NCBI GenBank assembly: GCA_963843335.1
Contig: CAWJKF010000019.1
Location: 15,701 to 79,700, forward strand
Source of the DNA: an uncultured Chloroflexia bacterium
GTDB lineage: Bacteria; Chloroflexota; Limnocylindria; Limnocylindrales; CSP1-4
DNA length: 64,000 nt
Direction of reading: 5' to 3'
The notes below the pieces were generated by a model. It saw only the letters and a list, made by a program, of their open reading frames with translations. It did no database searches and had not been told where the DNA came from. Below are positions 39,891-49,268 of the stretch, piece after piece (within the stretch, counting starts at the first letter, position 1; each line of letters opens with the position of its first letter). The position numbers and the translations under genes are program-made.

Positions 39891-40870
39891 GTACGTATCT
39901 CCCTGCGACTCCCGTCGCGTGTGGCCATCGCGCGACGGGCAGCCGCGGCGATGTCCTCTGGCTGCATCCCGTGATGGGTGAACAGGTCATTGATGCCACC
40001 GCTGTCCACCCAGCGGTCGCGAACGCCGATGCGCTCGACCGGCACCGGCCGACGCTCGGACAACACCTCCGTCACGGCCGCGCCGAAGCCGCCCAGGATG
40101 GTGGCGTTCTCGGCGGTCACCGCGCAGCCGGTGCGGGTCGTGGAGCTGACGATGAGCGCTGCATCGATGGGCTTGATGGATGCGAGGTGGACGACCTCCG
40201 CACGGATGCCGTCGGTCGCGAGCAGGTCGGCTGCCCGGACACACAGGCTGGTCATGACGCCCGTTCCGAAGAGGGTGACATCGGTGCCCTCCCGGATGGT
40301 CTCGCCGCGCCCCCACTCGAAGGAGTGGCCGGGTGCGAACAGGTCATCGACCGTGAGCCGGGTGACCCGGAAGTAGACCGGGCCGGGCGTGGCCATGGCC
40401 GTGCGCATGATCGCCCGCATGTCCGCGTTGTCTCCCGGATCCGCGACACGCATGTTCGGCAGCGCGCGCATGACCGCGATGTCCTCGATGCAGTTGTGGG
40501 ACGCACCAGCGCGACTGGTCGGTAGCCCAACGTACGAGCCGGGGATCTTCACGTTCAACGCGGGATAGCAGATGGAGATGGCGATCTGATCGAGTGCCCG
40601 ACGGGCCGCGAACACGGCGAACGTCGAGGGCACGGGCAGGAAGCCCTCGAGGGCGAGCCCGGCGGCGATGCCGAACAGGTCCTGCTCTGCGATCCCCACC
40701 TGGATGAACCGCGTCGGGAACGCGGCCTTGAACTTGTCGGCCTTGGAGGAGGTGTTGAGATCCGCGTCCAGCACGATCATGCGCGGCAGCTCCTGGCCGA
40801 GCTCCACGAGCGCGTTCCCGAAGGCGTCGCGCATCTCGAGCGTCATTCCGCCCGACTCATTCGCCGCCAT
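39887..40870 (-). CDS. Transketolase, C-terminal subunit (second copy)
   Basis: FPTRFIQVGIAEQDLFGIAAGLALEGFLP...ASHNCIEDIAVMRALPNM. Confidence 0.85.
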   Translation of the reverse strand: MAANESGGMTLEMRDAFGNALVELGQELPRMIVLDADLNTSSKADKFKAAFPTRFIQVGIAEQDLFGIAAGLALEGFLPVPSTFAVFAARRALDQIAISICYPALNVKIPGSYVGLPTSRAGASHNCIEDIAVMRALPNMRVADPGDNADMRAIMRTAMATPGPVYFRVTRLTVDDLFAPGHSFEWGRGETIREGTDVTLFGTGVMTSLCVRAADLLATDGIRAEVVHLASIKPIDAALIVSSTTRTGCAVTAENATILGGFGAAVTEVLSERRPVPVERIGVRDRWVDSGGINDLFTHHGMQPEDIAAAARRAMATRDGSRREIRT

Positions 40871-41775
40871 AGAAGACCTCCTTGGCCACCGGGTCGTTCA
40901 GGCGGGAGTAGCCCTCATCGGGATAGCCATAGTGTCGTGCCAGCTCGCGGAGCATCCGGTCCGCCATCGGCCCGTCGGGCGCGTGCGTGTGCCACTTGGG
41001 GTTGAACTCCGCGATGTCGACACCCTTGCCCTTGACCGTGTGGGCGACGATCACGATGGGCTGTCCATGGGGCAGGATCCAGCGGGCCCGATGGAAGGCG
41101 TCCGCCACCTCGTCGATATCGTGGCCGTCGACCTCCACCACCTCCCAGCCGAAGGCGCGCCACTTGTCAGCGAACGGCTCGACGCCCATCTGGTCGTGGG
41201 TGAATCCTTTGGCCATGACCTTGTTGTAGTCCACGACCGCGATGAGGTTGTCCAGCCGGTAGTGCGCGGCGGCCATCGCCGCCTCCCACACGTTGCCCTC
41301 GTTGGACTCGCCGTCACCCAGGATGCAGAACACGCGTGCGCGCGGGTCGAGCTTGTAACGCAGGCCAAGCGCGCGCCCGACGGCCACGGACAGCCCCATC
41401 CCCAGGGGACCGCCGGACGACTCCAGGCCTGGGGTCCGGAGCATGTCCGTGTGTCCCTCGAGCCGCCCGCCCAGCTCGCAGTAGCTGTACACGTCCGACT
41501 CCGGGAAGTAGCCGGCCAGTGCCAGCGCCGCGTACAGACCCGGTGACCCGTGCGCCTTGGACAGGATGAGCCGGTCCCGGCCCTCCCACGTGGGGTCATC
41601 CGGGCGTACCGACATGTGGTGGAAGTACAGGACGGCCAGCAGCTCTGCCATCGAGAACGAGCCGCCGATGTGACCCCATTGGGCCCAGGTCGATCATCTC
41701 CACCGAGAGCCGCCGGATGCGATAGGCCATATCCGCGATGTGTCCACGCTCGTCGACGGACAGATGCTCGCTCAT
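40857..41775 (-). pseudogene. Transketolase, N-terminal subunit (second copy), one frameshift near 41685
   Basis: MSEHLSVDERGHIADMAYRIRRLSVEMIDL | QWGHIGGSFSMAELLAVLYFHHM...SKAHGSPGLYA...GPLGMGLSVAVG...ILGDGESNEGNVWE. GGAGG RBS before the ATG at 41775. Confidence 0.8.
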
Positions 41776-43371
41776 GAACCTGCCTCCGCACCCGCCGGTG
41801 ATTTCGGCGTTGATCCGGAGCCACCAGTCACCTGCGGCCGGCGTGGTGAACTCGCCTCCGTCCGACTGCACTGACTGTTCCTGCCCGTTCGCCGCATCGA
41901 TCCACGCGGCGATGGATGCCTGCGGCAGCTGCTCCTGTCGGAGCGATACCGACCGGTCTTCGGGTATGTAGACCACGACCAGATCTCCCTCCGGGCTGCG
42001 TGCTGCGGCGATGTGGCGACGGCCACCAGGCTGCGCCGCCACCAGCTCCGGTGCCGGCACGAGCCGCCACCAGTCGATGGCCTCCAGGAGTCGGACCATA
42101 TGCCCGAGTCCCTCGGCACCGGGCATCAGCACCGCCTGCCGCCAGGCCATCGGTACGCCGGTCCCGGGATGGTTCAGCGGCTCGTGGGTACCGTCGCCCC
42201 AGTCCCACACCCCGTGGCCGCCGTACGTCACACCCGCCATCGGGGACACCAGCAGGGACCAGGCCAGGCGCTTGCGCACGTCGGCCGCCGAGAACGGTCG
42301 CTTGCTCTGGTAGGCCACGTGGCCCTCATAGGGCGGCTCAAGGTTGACGATCGGACGGGACCGAAGCTGCTGCCAGCCGGTCGCCGGCGGTCCCTCGACC
42401 AGCCAGCGCACGGTCGCCTCGTCGTCACCGTGGCCACTCTGGTAGCCCAGGAAGTCCAGCCAATCCTGATCGTCGAATTCCGGTCCGTACCACTGCATGC
42501 CGTTGGGATGCAGGGTCACCGGTGCGTGATCGACCGAGGCGAACACCTCGGCGCCGATGCGGCGCCACTTCTGCGCATGGGCGCCCGTGTACGGACCGTC
42601 GCCCGGCAGGATCCAGGCGACCGGGTACGCGTCCCAGCGCGCCACCATGTAGCGCGCCAGCAGCACCGCCTGGTCGTCGGGCAGGGCATACCCCGGGTTC
42701 ATGTCATTGACCGCCGGGTCGTCCCTGGTCCACTCGGCGGCCCAGAGGAGCACGGGCACACCCAGCAGCCCCGCCCGGGCAAGCGCCGCGACCTTGCCGT
42801 CTAGCCGGCGGAAGAACTCGGGGTCGATGGAGATCCGGTCGGTGCCCGTGAACGGCGCACGTCCATCCAGGTCGCCCGTGGCGACCAGCCAGCTCGTGGC
42901 CACCCACTGGACGGCGCTGAAGGACTGGCGCGTACGCTGGGCAACGTACCAGGCCCACTCCTCGTCGGTCGACAGCATCGGCCCATTCCAGGCCGTGTCA
43001 CCGATCCACAAGAACGGCGTGCCGTCGAGATGCGCGAAGTGGCGGCCCGAGTCGGCCACGCGGATGGGGCCGTGCCGATCGAAGCGGGAATCGCCCGCGG
43101 GGTCTCCCGCGGTCAGTGTCAGGACCTGGTCATGCAGGCCGTTGTCCGGTTGCCCCTCTACGCTCGTGACGCCGCGCCACTCACCGATCTCGTCGGGGGC
43201 GAAGCGGACACGCCAGGTATCGCCGCCGTCCCAGAACCCGTACACGCGACGAGACCGGCCCGTGGGTGACGTGAAGGTCGCGCGCAGCACGTGATCATGG
43301 ATCGAAGCACTACCGGTGTGCTCCGAATGCAGCTCGAACTCGACGGGCTGCCATACCGGGACCTGTGGCAC
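41772..43371 (-). CDS. DUF5060 + DUF4038-type glycoside hydrolase (GH140-like, apiosidase family); 3' end uncertain
   Basis: VEFEL....VYGFWDGGDTWRVRF (DUF5060-like), then GTPFLWIGDTAWNG...QWVATSW...LLWAAEW...LGYQSGH. In the main frame the ORF runs straight into the transketolase start. An ATGA-overlapping stop at 41772 exists in another frame. Confidence 0.6.
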
Positions 43372-43413
43372 GGTTTCCTCTCAGAGCGGGTGCAGGCCCG
43401 CGCGATACGCAGT

Positions 43414-43454
43414 TGGTATGCGGCATACCACCACATTGGTTGACCAATTGTCAA
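43414..43454. promoter_or_regulatory. Operator/promoter module (copy d): 17-bp perfect palindrome TGGTATGC-G-GCATACCA, palindrome ATTGGT-TG-ACCAAT, then a TTGACA box on the minus strand
   Basis: Read directly. About 45 bp align with the modules at 44286-44324 and 46761-46799. Confidence 0.55.
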
Positions 43455-44080
43455 GTCGATCCGAACAGGAGCGCCGCTCGGTTGTTGCCACCGATGAAAT
43501 AGAACTGACGGAAGAAGCGGCTCCGATTCGTCAGGATCGTGAACAGGACCACGAGCCCGAACATGATCCAGAAGGGGTACTGGAGGCCCAGGAACGAGCT
43601 CTGGCCCAGCCAGGAGAACCCGTGTCCGATAGTAGGTGACGCCCGTGCCAGCGACCAGCAGGGTGACGTTCCTGAAGATCCCGAGGGTGGCGAGCGTGGT
43701 GATGAGCGCGTTGATGTGGAGGCTGGTCGTGATGAGACTGTTGACCACGCCGCACGTCGCGCCCACCAGGATCCCGATCGGGATCGCCACGGGCACCGGT
43801 AGCAGATACTCCTTCACGAGCAGGCCGGCTACGACCCCGGAGAGCGCGAGCACGGCGCCAACGGAGAGATCGATCCGCCGCCGATCATCAGGATCGACAC
43901 CTCGATCGCGAGGATGCCGGTCTGCGCGGCGTCAAGCAGGACTGATGACACGTTGTTCTCGTTGAGAAATCGCTCCCCGTGGACGATCGCCATATAGATC
44001 GCTACGACGGCGACCAGCGTGCCCATCAGCACCGGACGCGAGTCGACGAGCAGGTCGGCCGCCCGTATCAGCCCGGCGCC
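43451..44080 (-). pseudogene. Remnant of a ribose-type sugar ABC permease: multiply frameshifted and truncated after ..FYFIGGNNRAALLFG
   Basis: The pieces LNENNVSSVLLDAAQTGILAIEVSILMIGGG / LALSGVVAGLL...VNSLITTSLHINALITTLATLGIF / ..RFFRQFYFIGGN are paralogous to the permease at 49269..50298. The last third or so is missing, and the stop TGA lies inside the TTGACA box. Confidence 0.6.
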
Positions 44081-44285
44081 GGGCGTCGATGCCCGGCTGC
44101 GGCAGAGCTTGGTGCCGGATCCGGTCCGGCCAGTGAGCCTGGTGTTGGTCCGCTCATGCCACCCGAGTCAGCTTCGATGGCCGGCGGGGCGTGGCGTCAA
44201 GGTGCATGGACGCGAAGCCTCCGAGGGACAGTCGCCGGCATCCTGCGCCGACTTGGGACAGATAAGGCCCGACCTGACGGTAGAC

Positions 44286-44324
44286 GGTATGTGGCATACC
44301 ATCATGGTTGCGGTCGGGTGTCAA
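44286..44324. promoter_or_regulatory. Operator/promoter module (copy e): GGTATGTGGCATACC ... TGTCAA
   Basis: Aligns with copies d and f. A plus-strand CTGACG-17 nt-TACCAT promoter for the epimerase gene is also possible. Confidence 0.5.
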
Positions 44325-44484
44325 GTCCGAACTCGTTGGGAGGTCATGTCGACGGTGCCAGCACAGGAAGGAGGCACGACGTCCTGGTGTGGCCGACGCG
44401 GCCGGACATCCGCGAGTGGTCCCATCACTCGTGGCCCGCATCCAGGGCGAGGCCTGAGACGCTCATGCCGAAGGGAGGGGAGAG

Positions 44485-45796
44485 CTGAAGGTCCTCATCA
44501 TCGGGGGGACCGGGCTCATCAGCTCGGCAGTCGTCCGGCAGCTTGTGGCCCGGGGCGACCGGGTCACTGTCCTGAACCGCGGCCAGGGTTGGCGGTCCGT
44601 GCCCGACGGTGTGGCCAGGTTGACGTGTGACCGGTCGGACGTCACCCGGTTCCGGACCACGATCGCGCGACAACGGACCATGGGATGTGGTCATCGACAT
44701 GATCTGCTTCCGGCCCGAAGAGGCCGAGGCATCGGCGAAGGCGGTCCAGGGACACGCTCGCCAATTCATCATGACGAGCACCATCGACGTCTACCGGAAG
44801 CCTGCGTCAACGTACCCATACACGGAGGCTGAGCCGCTCGGTGGACTGGGCGAGTACGCCCGGAACAAGGTCGCCTGCGAAGAGATTCTCTGGGCGGCAC
44901 AAGAACGTGGCGACCTGCCGTTGACGGTCATCCGCCCGGGCGCCACATATGGCCCCGGTCACGGACCGGTCCATATCCTGGGCGGCGCGTATGCCGACCG
45001 GCTGCTGAAGGGCAAGCCCATCGTCGTCCATGGGGACGGCAGCTCGTTCTGGCCTTCGTGCTACGCGGACGACCTGGCCGTGGCGTTCGCAGGCGCGGCA
45101 GGCAACGATCGGGCGATCGGCCGCGCCTATCACGCGACCGGCGAGGAGTGGGTCACTTGGGACCAGCACCACGCGATCGTCGCCAAGGCGATCGGAGCGG
45201 CCCCGCCGACCATCGTCCATATCCCGACCGACGCGCTCGCGCGTCTCGCACCCGACCGGACGTCGTGGGTGGTGGACAACTTCCAGTTCAATAACCTCTT
45301 CGACAACGCGCGCGCGCGCGCGGAGAGTCGTCCGGCAGCTTGTGGCCCGGCGCGACCGGGTCACCGTCTTCGACCGTGGGCAGGGTTGGCGGCCCGTGCC
45401 GACCGTGTGGCCAGGCTGGCGCGTGACCGATCAGACGTCACCCGGTTCCGGACCACGCTCGCGGACAACGGACCATGGGATGTGGTCATCGACATGATCT
45501 GCTTCCGGCCCGACGAGGCCGAGGCATCGGCGAAGGCGGTTCTGGTACACGCTCGCCGATTTATCATGACGAGCACCATCGACGTCTACCGGAAGCCTGC
45601 GTCAGCGTACCCATACACGGAGGTTGAGCCGCTCGGTGGACTCGGCTTCCGTCCCACCGTCCGCCTGCTGGATGGCGCAGCGCTCTGATTCCAGGCCATG
45701 CAGGCGTCGGGTCAACTCGTGAACAGCGACGACGACCGCTTCGAGGATGACCTCATCGCCCGCTGGGAGCGGGGCATCGAGTCGATGACCATGTGA
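44485..45796 (+). pseudogene. NAD-dependent epimerase/dehydratase-family gene inactivated by a frameshift (near 44666), a 317-bp internal insertion and an in-frame TGA (45686)
   Basis: KVLIIGGTGLISSAVVRQL...MTSTIDVY...YARNK...FDNARARAE[insert]LGFRPTVRLLDGAAL*FQAMQASGQLVNSDDDRFEDDLIARWERG. No ATG or GTG start is present; CTG at 44485 follows a GGGAGGGG RBS. Confidence 0.7.
45326..45642 (+). repeat. 317-bp direct, roughly 92%-identical copy of 44529-44847 (5' part of the same epimerase gene) inserted within its 3' part
   Basis: Manual alignment gives about 25 differences, including two 1-nt gaps, over 319 positions. The junctions carry CTCGGC microhomology. Confidence 0.8.
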
Positions 45797-45922
45797 TGTG
45801 GCGACGCAGCGGGAGGGTGGACACGCATGGCGTCTCCGCGACCGTGGTCGCACCCGGGTTCCTGTCAGACGCCCGTTTGCCGCTCCAGACTCACGAGCAG
45901 CGTCGATAGGCCGCGTTGTCCG

Positions 45923-46678
45923 TCATGCCTCCGACTCTGCAGCGATGGCATGCTGCAGTGTCTCTCGCAATTCGTCCATGTGCCTGTCCATCGTGTGCCG
46001 TGCCAGCTTCGGGTCACCAGACAGGACGGCCTCGTACACCGCCCGGTGGTGGGTGAGGCTTCGGCGCGGCGTCCCCGGGATCCGCAGACCCAGCACGCGC
46101 ACCTCCAGCATCAGCTGGGCGAGCGAGTCGAGGATGATGGAGAACAACTCGTTGTGGGTCGCCGCGGCGAGTGCCTGGTGAAAGGCCACGTCCTCCTTGA
46201 CGAACGCATCCGGGTCGTCGAGATGGGACTCGGCCGCGGCCAGGATCCCCTCGAGGACAGCAAGGTCATTCCGTGTCCGGCGGGCTGCGGCCAGGGCTGC
46301 GATCTCGGTCTCCAGCACCCGCCGTACCTCCGTCACCTTCTCGGCGTCAGAGCTGCTGGACTGCACCCGCAGCAACAGTCCCATCGACTCCGCCGCGGCG
46401 ACGGCGGACGGTGCCCGGACCACGGTGCCTCGTCCACCCTCGACCTCCACCAGGCGACGCGCCGCCAGCGCCCGAACCGCCTCGCGGATCACGGTGCGAC
46501 TGACACCGAACTGGCTGGCCAGCTCGCGTTCGGACGGGAGCCGATCACCCTCTCCCAGGCGGCTCTCGACGATCAGCCGCTCCAGCTCCACCACCACCCG
46601 ATTGGCCAGCGTCTCCTCGCGGGCCAACTCCGAGACCAGTCGCGGCGGATCAGTCCTCGCCGGCACGTTGGTGTCCAT
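45923..46678 (-). CDS. GntR-family (FadR subfamily) transcriptional regulator (third copy)
   Basis: GDRLPSERELASQFGVSRTVIREAVRALAARRLVEVEGGRGTVV plus an FCD-like C-terminal domain. Confidence 0.85.
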   Translation of the reverse strand: MDTNVPARTDPPRLVSELAREETLANRVVVELERLIVESRLGEGDRLPSERELASQFGVSRTVIREAVRALAARRLVEVEGGRGTVVRAPSAVAAAESMGLLLRVQSSSSDAEKVTEVRRVLETEIAALAAARRTRNDLAVLEGILAAAESHLDDPDAFVKEDVAFHQALAAATHNELFSIILDSLAQLMLEVRVLGLRIPGTPRRSLTHHRAVYEAVLSGDPKLARHTMDRHMDELRETLQHAIAAESEA

Positions 46679-46760
46679 GTGTGGAGCCTACTCCGTTCGA
46701 TGCTGGATCATGCCTGGGCTGTCATCCTCAGCGCCCTGCGCGGGCAGCGCGCGACCGCGT

Positions 46761-46799
46761 GGCATGCGGCATACCATCATGGATATGGCACGGTGTCAA
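46761..46799. promoter_or_regulatory. Operator/promoter module (copy f): GGCATGCGGCATACC ... TGTCAA, between GntR (minus strand) and a Zn-ADH gene (plus strand)
   Basis: Aligns with copies d and e. Confidence 0.5.
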
Positions 46800-46839
46800 G
46801 TCCGCTGTGTCGATGTCGCAGCTAGGAGCGAACGCAACG

Positions 46840-47865
46840 ATGAGACGATTGGTGACCCTCGCGCCCGGGCGCGTGGAACTCCAGGATGGGCCGGAGCCCG
46901 TCGTCGGGCCGGACGAAGCCCTGATCGCGGTGGAAGCTGTCGGCATCTGCGGATCGGACGTCCACCTGTTCACCGGCGAGCATCCCTATTCCCATTTCCC
47001 AAACGTGCAGGGCCATGAGTTCGCGGGGCGCGTCGTGTCACTGCCTGCCTCGTACCGCGGGCCGGCCGGGGTAGGGGACCGGGTCGCCATCGAGCCGTTG
47101 CTGATGTGCGGCGAGTGCCTGCCGTGTCGCAGGGGCCGGGGCAACTGCTGCCTGCGGATGCGGACCTACGGTGCGCAGATCGACGGCGGGCTCGCTGAGC
47201 GGATCGCGGTCAAGGCATCGTTGCTGTACCCCACAGGCGACCTGTCGGCCGAGCTGGCCGCCCTGGTGGAGCCGATGTCCATCGGCTTGCAGGCGACCGC
47301 CCGCAGTGGCATGACCGCGTCGGACACGGTCCTGGTATTCGGAGCCGGACCGATCGGGCAGGCGATCCTGCTGGCGGCTGCGGATATGGGAGCCCGGGTC
47401 ATGGTCGTGGACCGCATCGCGGCCCGCCTCCAGCTGGCGCGACGTCTGGGCGCTGACGCGGTCCTGGATGCCAGCACCGACGACACGCGGGATGCCGTGC
47501 TGGCCTGGACCGACGGGGACGGGCCGACGGTGGTGTTCGAGGCGACCGGAGTCCCCGCGGTGGTGGAGGGCGCCATCGACCTCGTGGCCAGCTCCGGGAC
47601 AGTGGTGGTCGTTGGCCTGTCGCGTCAGAACGTCGCGGTCCCGATGGTCGACCTGACCCGCAAGGAGCTGACCATCGTCGGGTCACGCAACAACATGGGC
47701 CAGTTCGGTCGGGCCGTGAGCCTGGTCCAGCGCCAGCCGGATCGGGTCGGACTGCTCATCAGTCACCGGTTCCCGCTTGAGCGTGCCCCGGAGGCCTTCG
47801 AGCTGGCCCACTCGTCGCCGCAGGTCACCGAGAAGATCATCATCGAGGTCGGCACGGGCGCGTGA
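46840..47865 (+). CDS. Zinc-dependent medium-chain dehydrogenase (sorbitol / L-idonate dehydrogenase-like)
   Basis: GICGSDVHLF.GEHP......GHEFAGRVV...CGECLPCRRGRGNCC...GAGPIGQ. AGGAG RBS. Confidence 0.85.
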   Translation: MRRLVTLAPGRVELQDGPEPVVGPDEALIAVEAVGICGSDVHLFTGEHPYSHFPNVQGHEFAGRVVSLPASYRGPAGVGDRVAIEPLLMCGECLPCRRGRGNCCLRMRTYGAQIDGGLAERIAVKASLLYPTGDLSAELAALVEPMSIGLQATARSGMTASDTVLVFGAGPIGQAILLAAADMGARVMVVDRIAARLQLARRLGADAVLDASTDDTRDAVLAWTDGDGPTVVFEATGVPAVVEGAIDLVASSGTVVVVGLSRQNVAVPMVDLTRKELTIVGSRNNMGQFGRAVSLVQRQPDRVGLLISHRFPLERAPEAFELAHSSPQVTEKIIIEVGTGA

Positions 47866-48085
47866 CGAGGCGCCGTGCTGACCATCGACGCAATGGGTTC
47901 TCCGGGACGGGCCTGATGACACTGGTGCGGACCGGGGACCCTCCACAGCGCCGAAATCGGTGTCCGGGCTCCAGCCCGCCCCTCGTGTCGGGACGGGCGA
48001 CCCACGGCATGTGTCGCGTCGCGGGAGGGGCAGCCACGGGCCGATCGGCCACCGACCCTTGCTCCGCACCGCCCATGACATGGAA

Positions 48086-48119
48086 GCTCCGCCGGCGACC
48101 CTCTGGTCTCCGGCGGAGC
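48086..48119. terminator. 10-bp-stem hairpin GCTCCGCCGG-N14-CCGGCGGAGC between convergent genes
   Basis: Read directly. It lies 16 nt beyond the solute-binding protein stop and has no U-tract. Confidence 0.4.
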
Positions 48120-48135
48120 GATCCGTTGGATGCGG

Positions 48136-49149
48136 CTATTGCTGGGTGGCGAGTGCTGCGAGCACCTTGTCGACGTTGTCCTTGGTCACGGCCAGGACAC
48201 CGGTGTCGATGATCGGCGGGATCGGCACGCCGCCGTCGGCGGCCGCGAGCCCGGAGGTCTTCAGGCCGTTGTGGTTGTAGTCGTACAGCATCTTGATGGC
48301 GTAGTAGATGAACAGCTCGCGATTCTGCACGATGATCGCGTTCGTCCAGCCTTCCTGCGCCGTCTTGAAGAACTCGGGGGTCTGCTCCATCGCGGTGACC
48401 TTGATGTCACCGGGCTGCTTGCCGGCTTCCTGGAGCGCCCGCACGATGCCGGCGCCGGACTCGGAGTCCATGCCCGCGAAGCCCGCGATATCCGGATGTG
48501 CTGCCAGCAGTGCGGCGGTCACTTCCGCGGCCTTCGCGGAGTCCCCGTTGTCGTCCTCGTTGGCGACGATCTCATACTTGCCGCCGCCGTTGGCGTTGAT
48601 GTAATCCGTGAAGCCCTGGACGCCTTCACGCATGTTGCCGGCGTTGATGATGGACATGACGGCGAGCTTGCCGCCGTCCGGCAGGGCTTCCATCATGGCC
48701 TTGGCCTGGGCAGCGCCGATGTTGGCCCAGATGGACCCGATATAGGCCAGCCGGCCGGAGTCAGGCAGATCGCCGTCGTCGACCACCGTGGGCACACCCG
48801 CGGCGATGCACTTCTTGACCGACTCGGTGAGGGACGGATCCCAGCCACCGACCACGGACACGCCAGCAGGCTTCTGGGCGCAGACCTGGTCGACGGCAGC
48901 GATGAATCCCGGGATGTCGAAGTCCGTCGGCCCCGCGACCTTGACCTTGATGCCGAGCTCGTTGGCGATCTTCTCCATGCCCACGTAGTCGTACTGCACG
49001 AACAGGGGCAGGTTCGCCTTGTTGGAGACCCAGTAGTAGGTCTCTGTCGCATCGGCCGGGCCGAACTCTGAGTCTTGCGCCTGGGCCGGGATGCCAGTGG
49101 CCATTATGGCCAGGCCCGCGACCAGCGCCATGGAAACGAAGCGCTTCAC
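48136..49149 (-). CDS. Sugar ABC transporter substrate-binding protein (ribose-binding-protein fold, secreted)
   Basis: Signal peptide MKRFVSMALVAGLAIMATGIPAQA, then the PBP type I pattern ..VSVVGGWDP...VPTVVDDGDLP... Confidence 0.85.
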   Translation of the reverse strand: MKRFVSMALVAGLAIMATGIPAQAQDSEFGPADATETYYWVSNKANLPLFVQYDYVGMEKIANELGIKVKVAGPTDFDIPGFIAAVDQVCAQKPAGVSVVGGWDPSLTESVKKCIAAGVPTVVDDGDLPDSGRLAYIGSIWANIGAAQAKAMMEALPDGGKLAVMSIINAGNMREGVQGFTDYINANGGGKYEIVANEDDNGDSAKAAEVTAALLAAHPDIAGFAGMDSESGAGIVRALQEAGKQPGDIKVTAMEQTPEFFKTAQEGWTNAIIVQNRELFIYYAIKMLYDYNHNGLKTSGLAAADGGVPIPPIIDTGVLAVTKDNVDKVLAALATQQ

Positions 49150-49268
49150 AGTGATCCTCCATCGGGGTGCGTGTGGATGGTCCGTCCGCCGGACAGGTCA
49201 GGCGCTGGTCGATAGGCGCTCCCTCACGACAGGTGCGCGCAGGCGGATGGGTGGAGGAGATGACCGCA

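Noticed and set aside
47866-48135. Coding potential in the gap after the Zn-ADH gene (ORFs 47862..48212 and 47683..48081).
   Set aside because: The translations are Arg/Pro-rich without motifs. The region is a convergent intergenic spacer containing the 48086-48119 hairpin.
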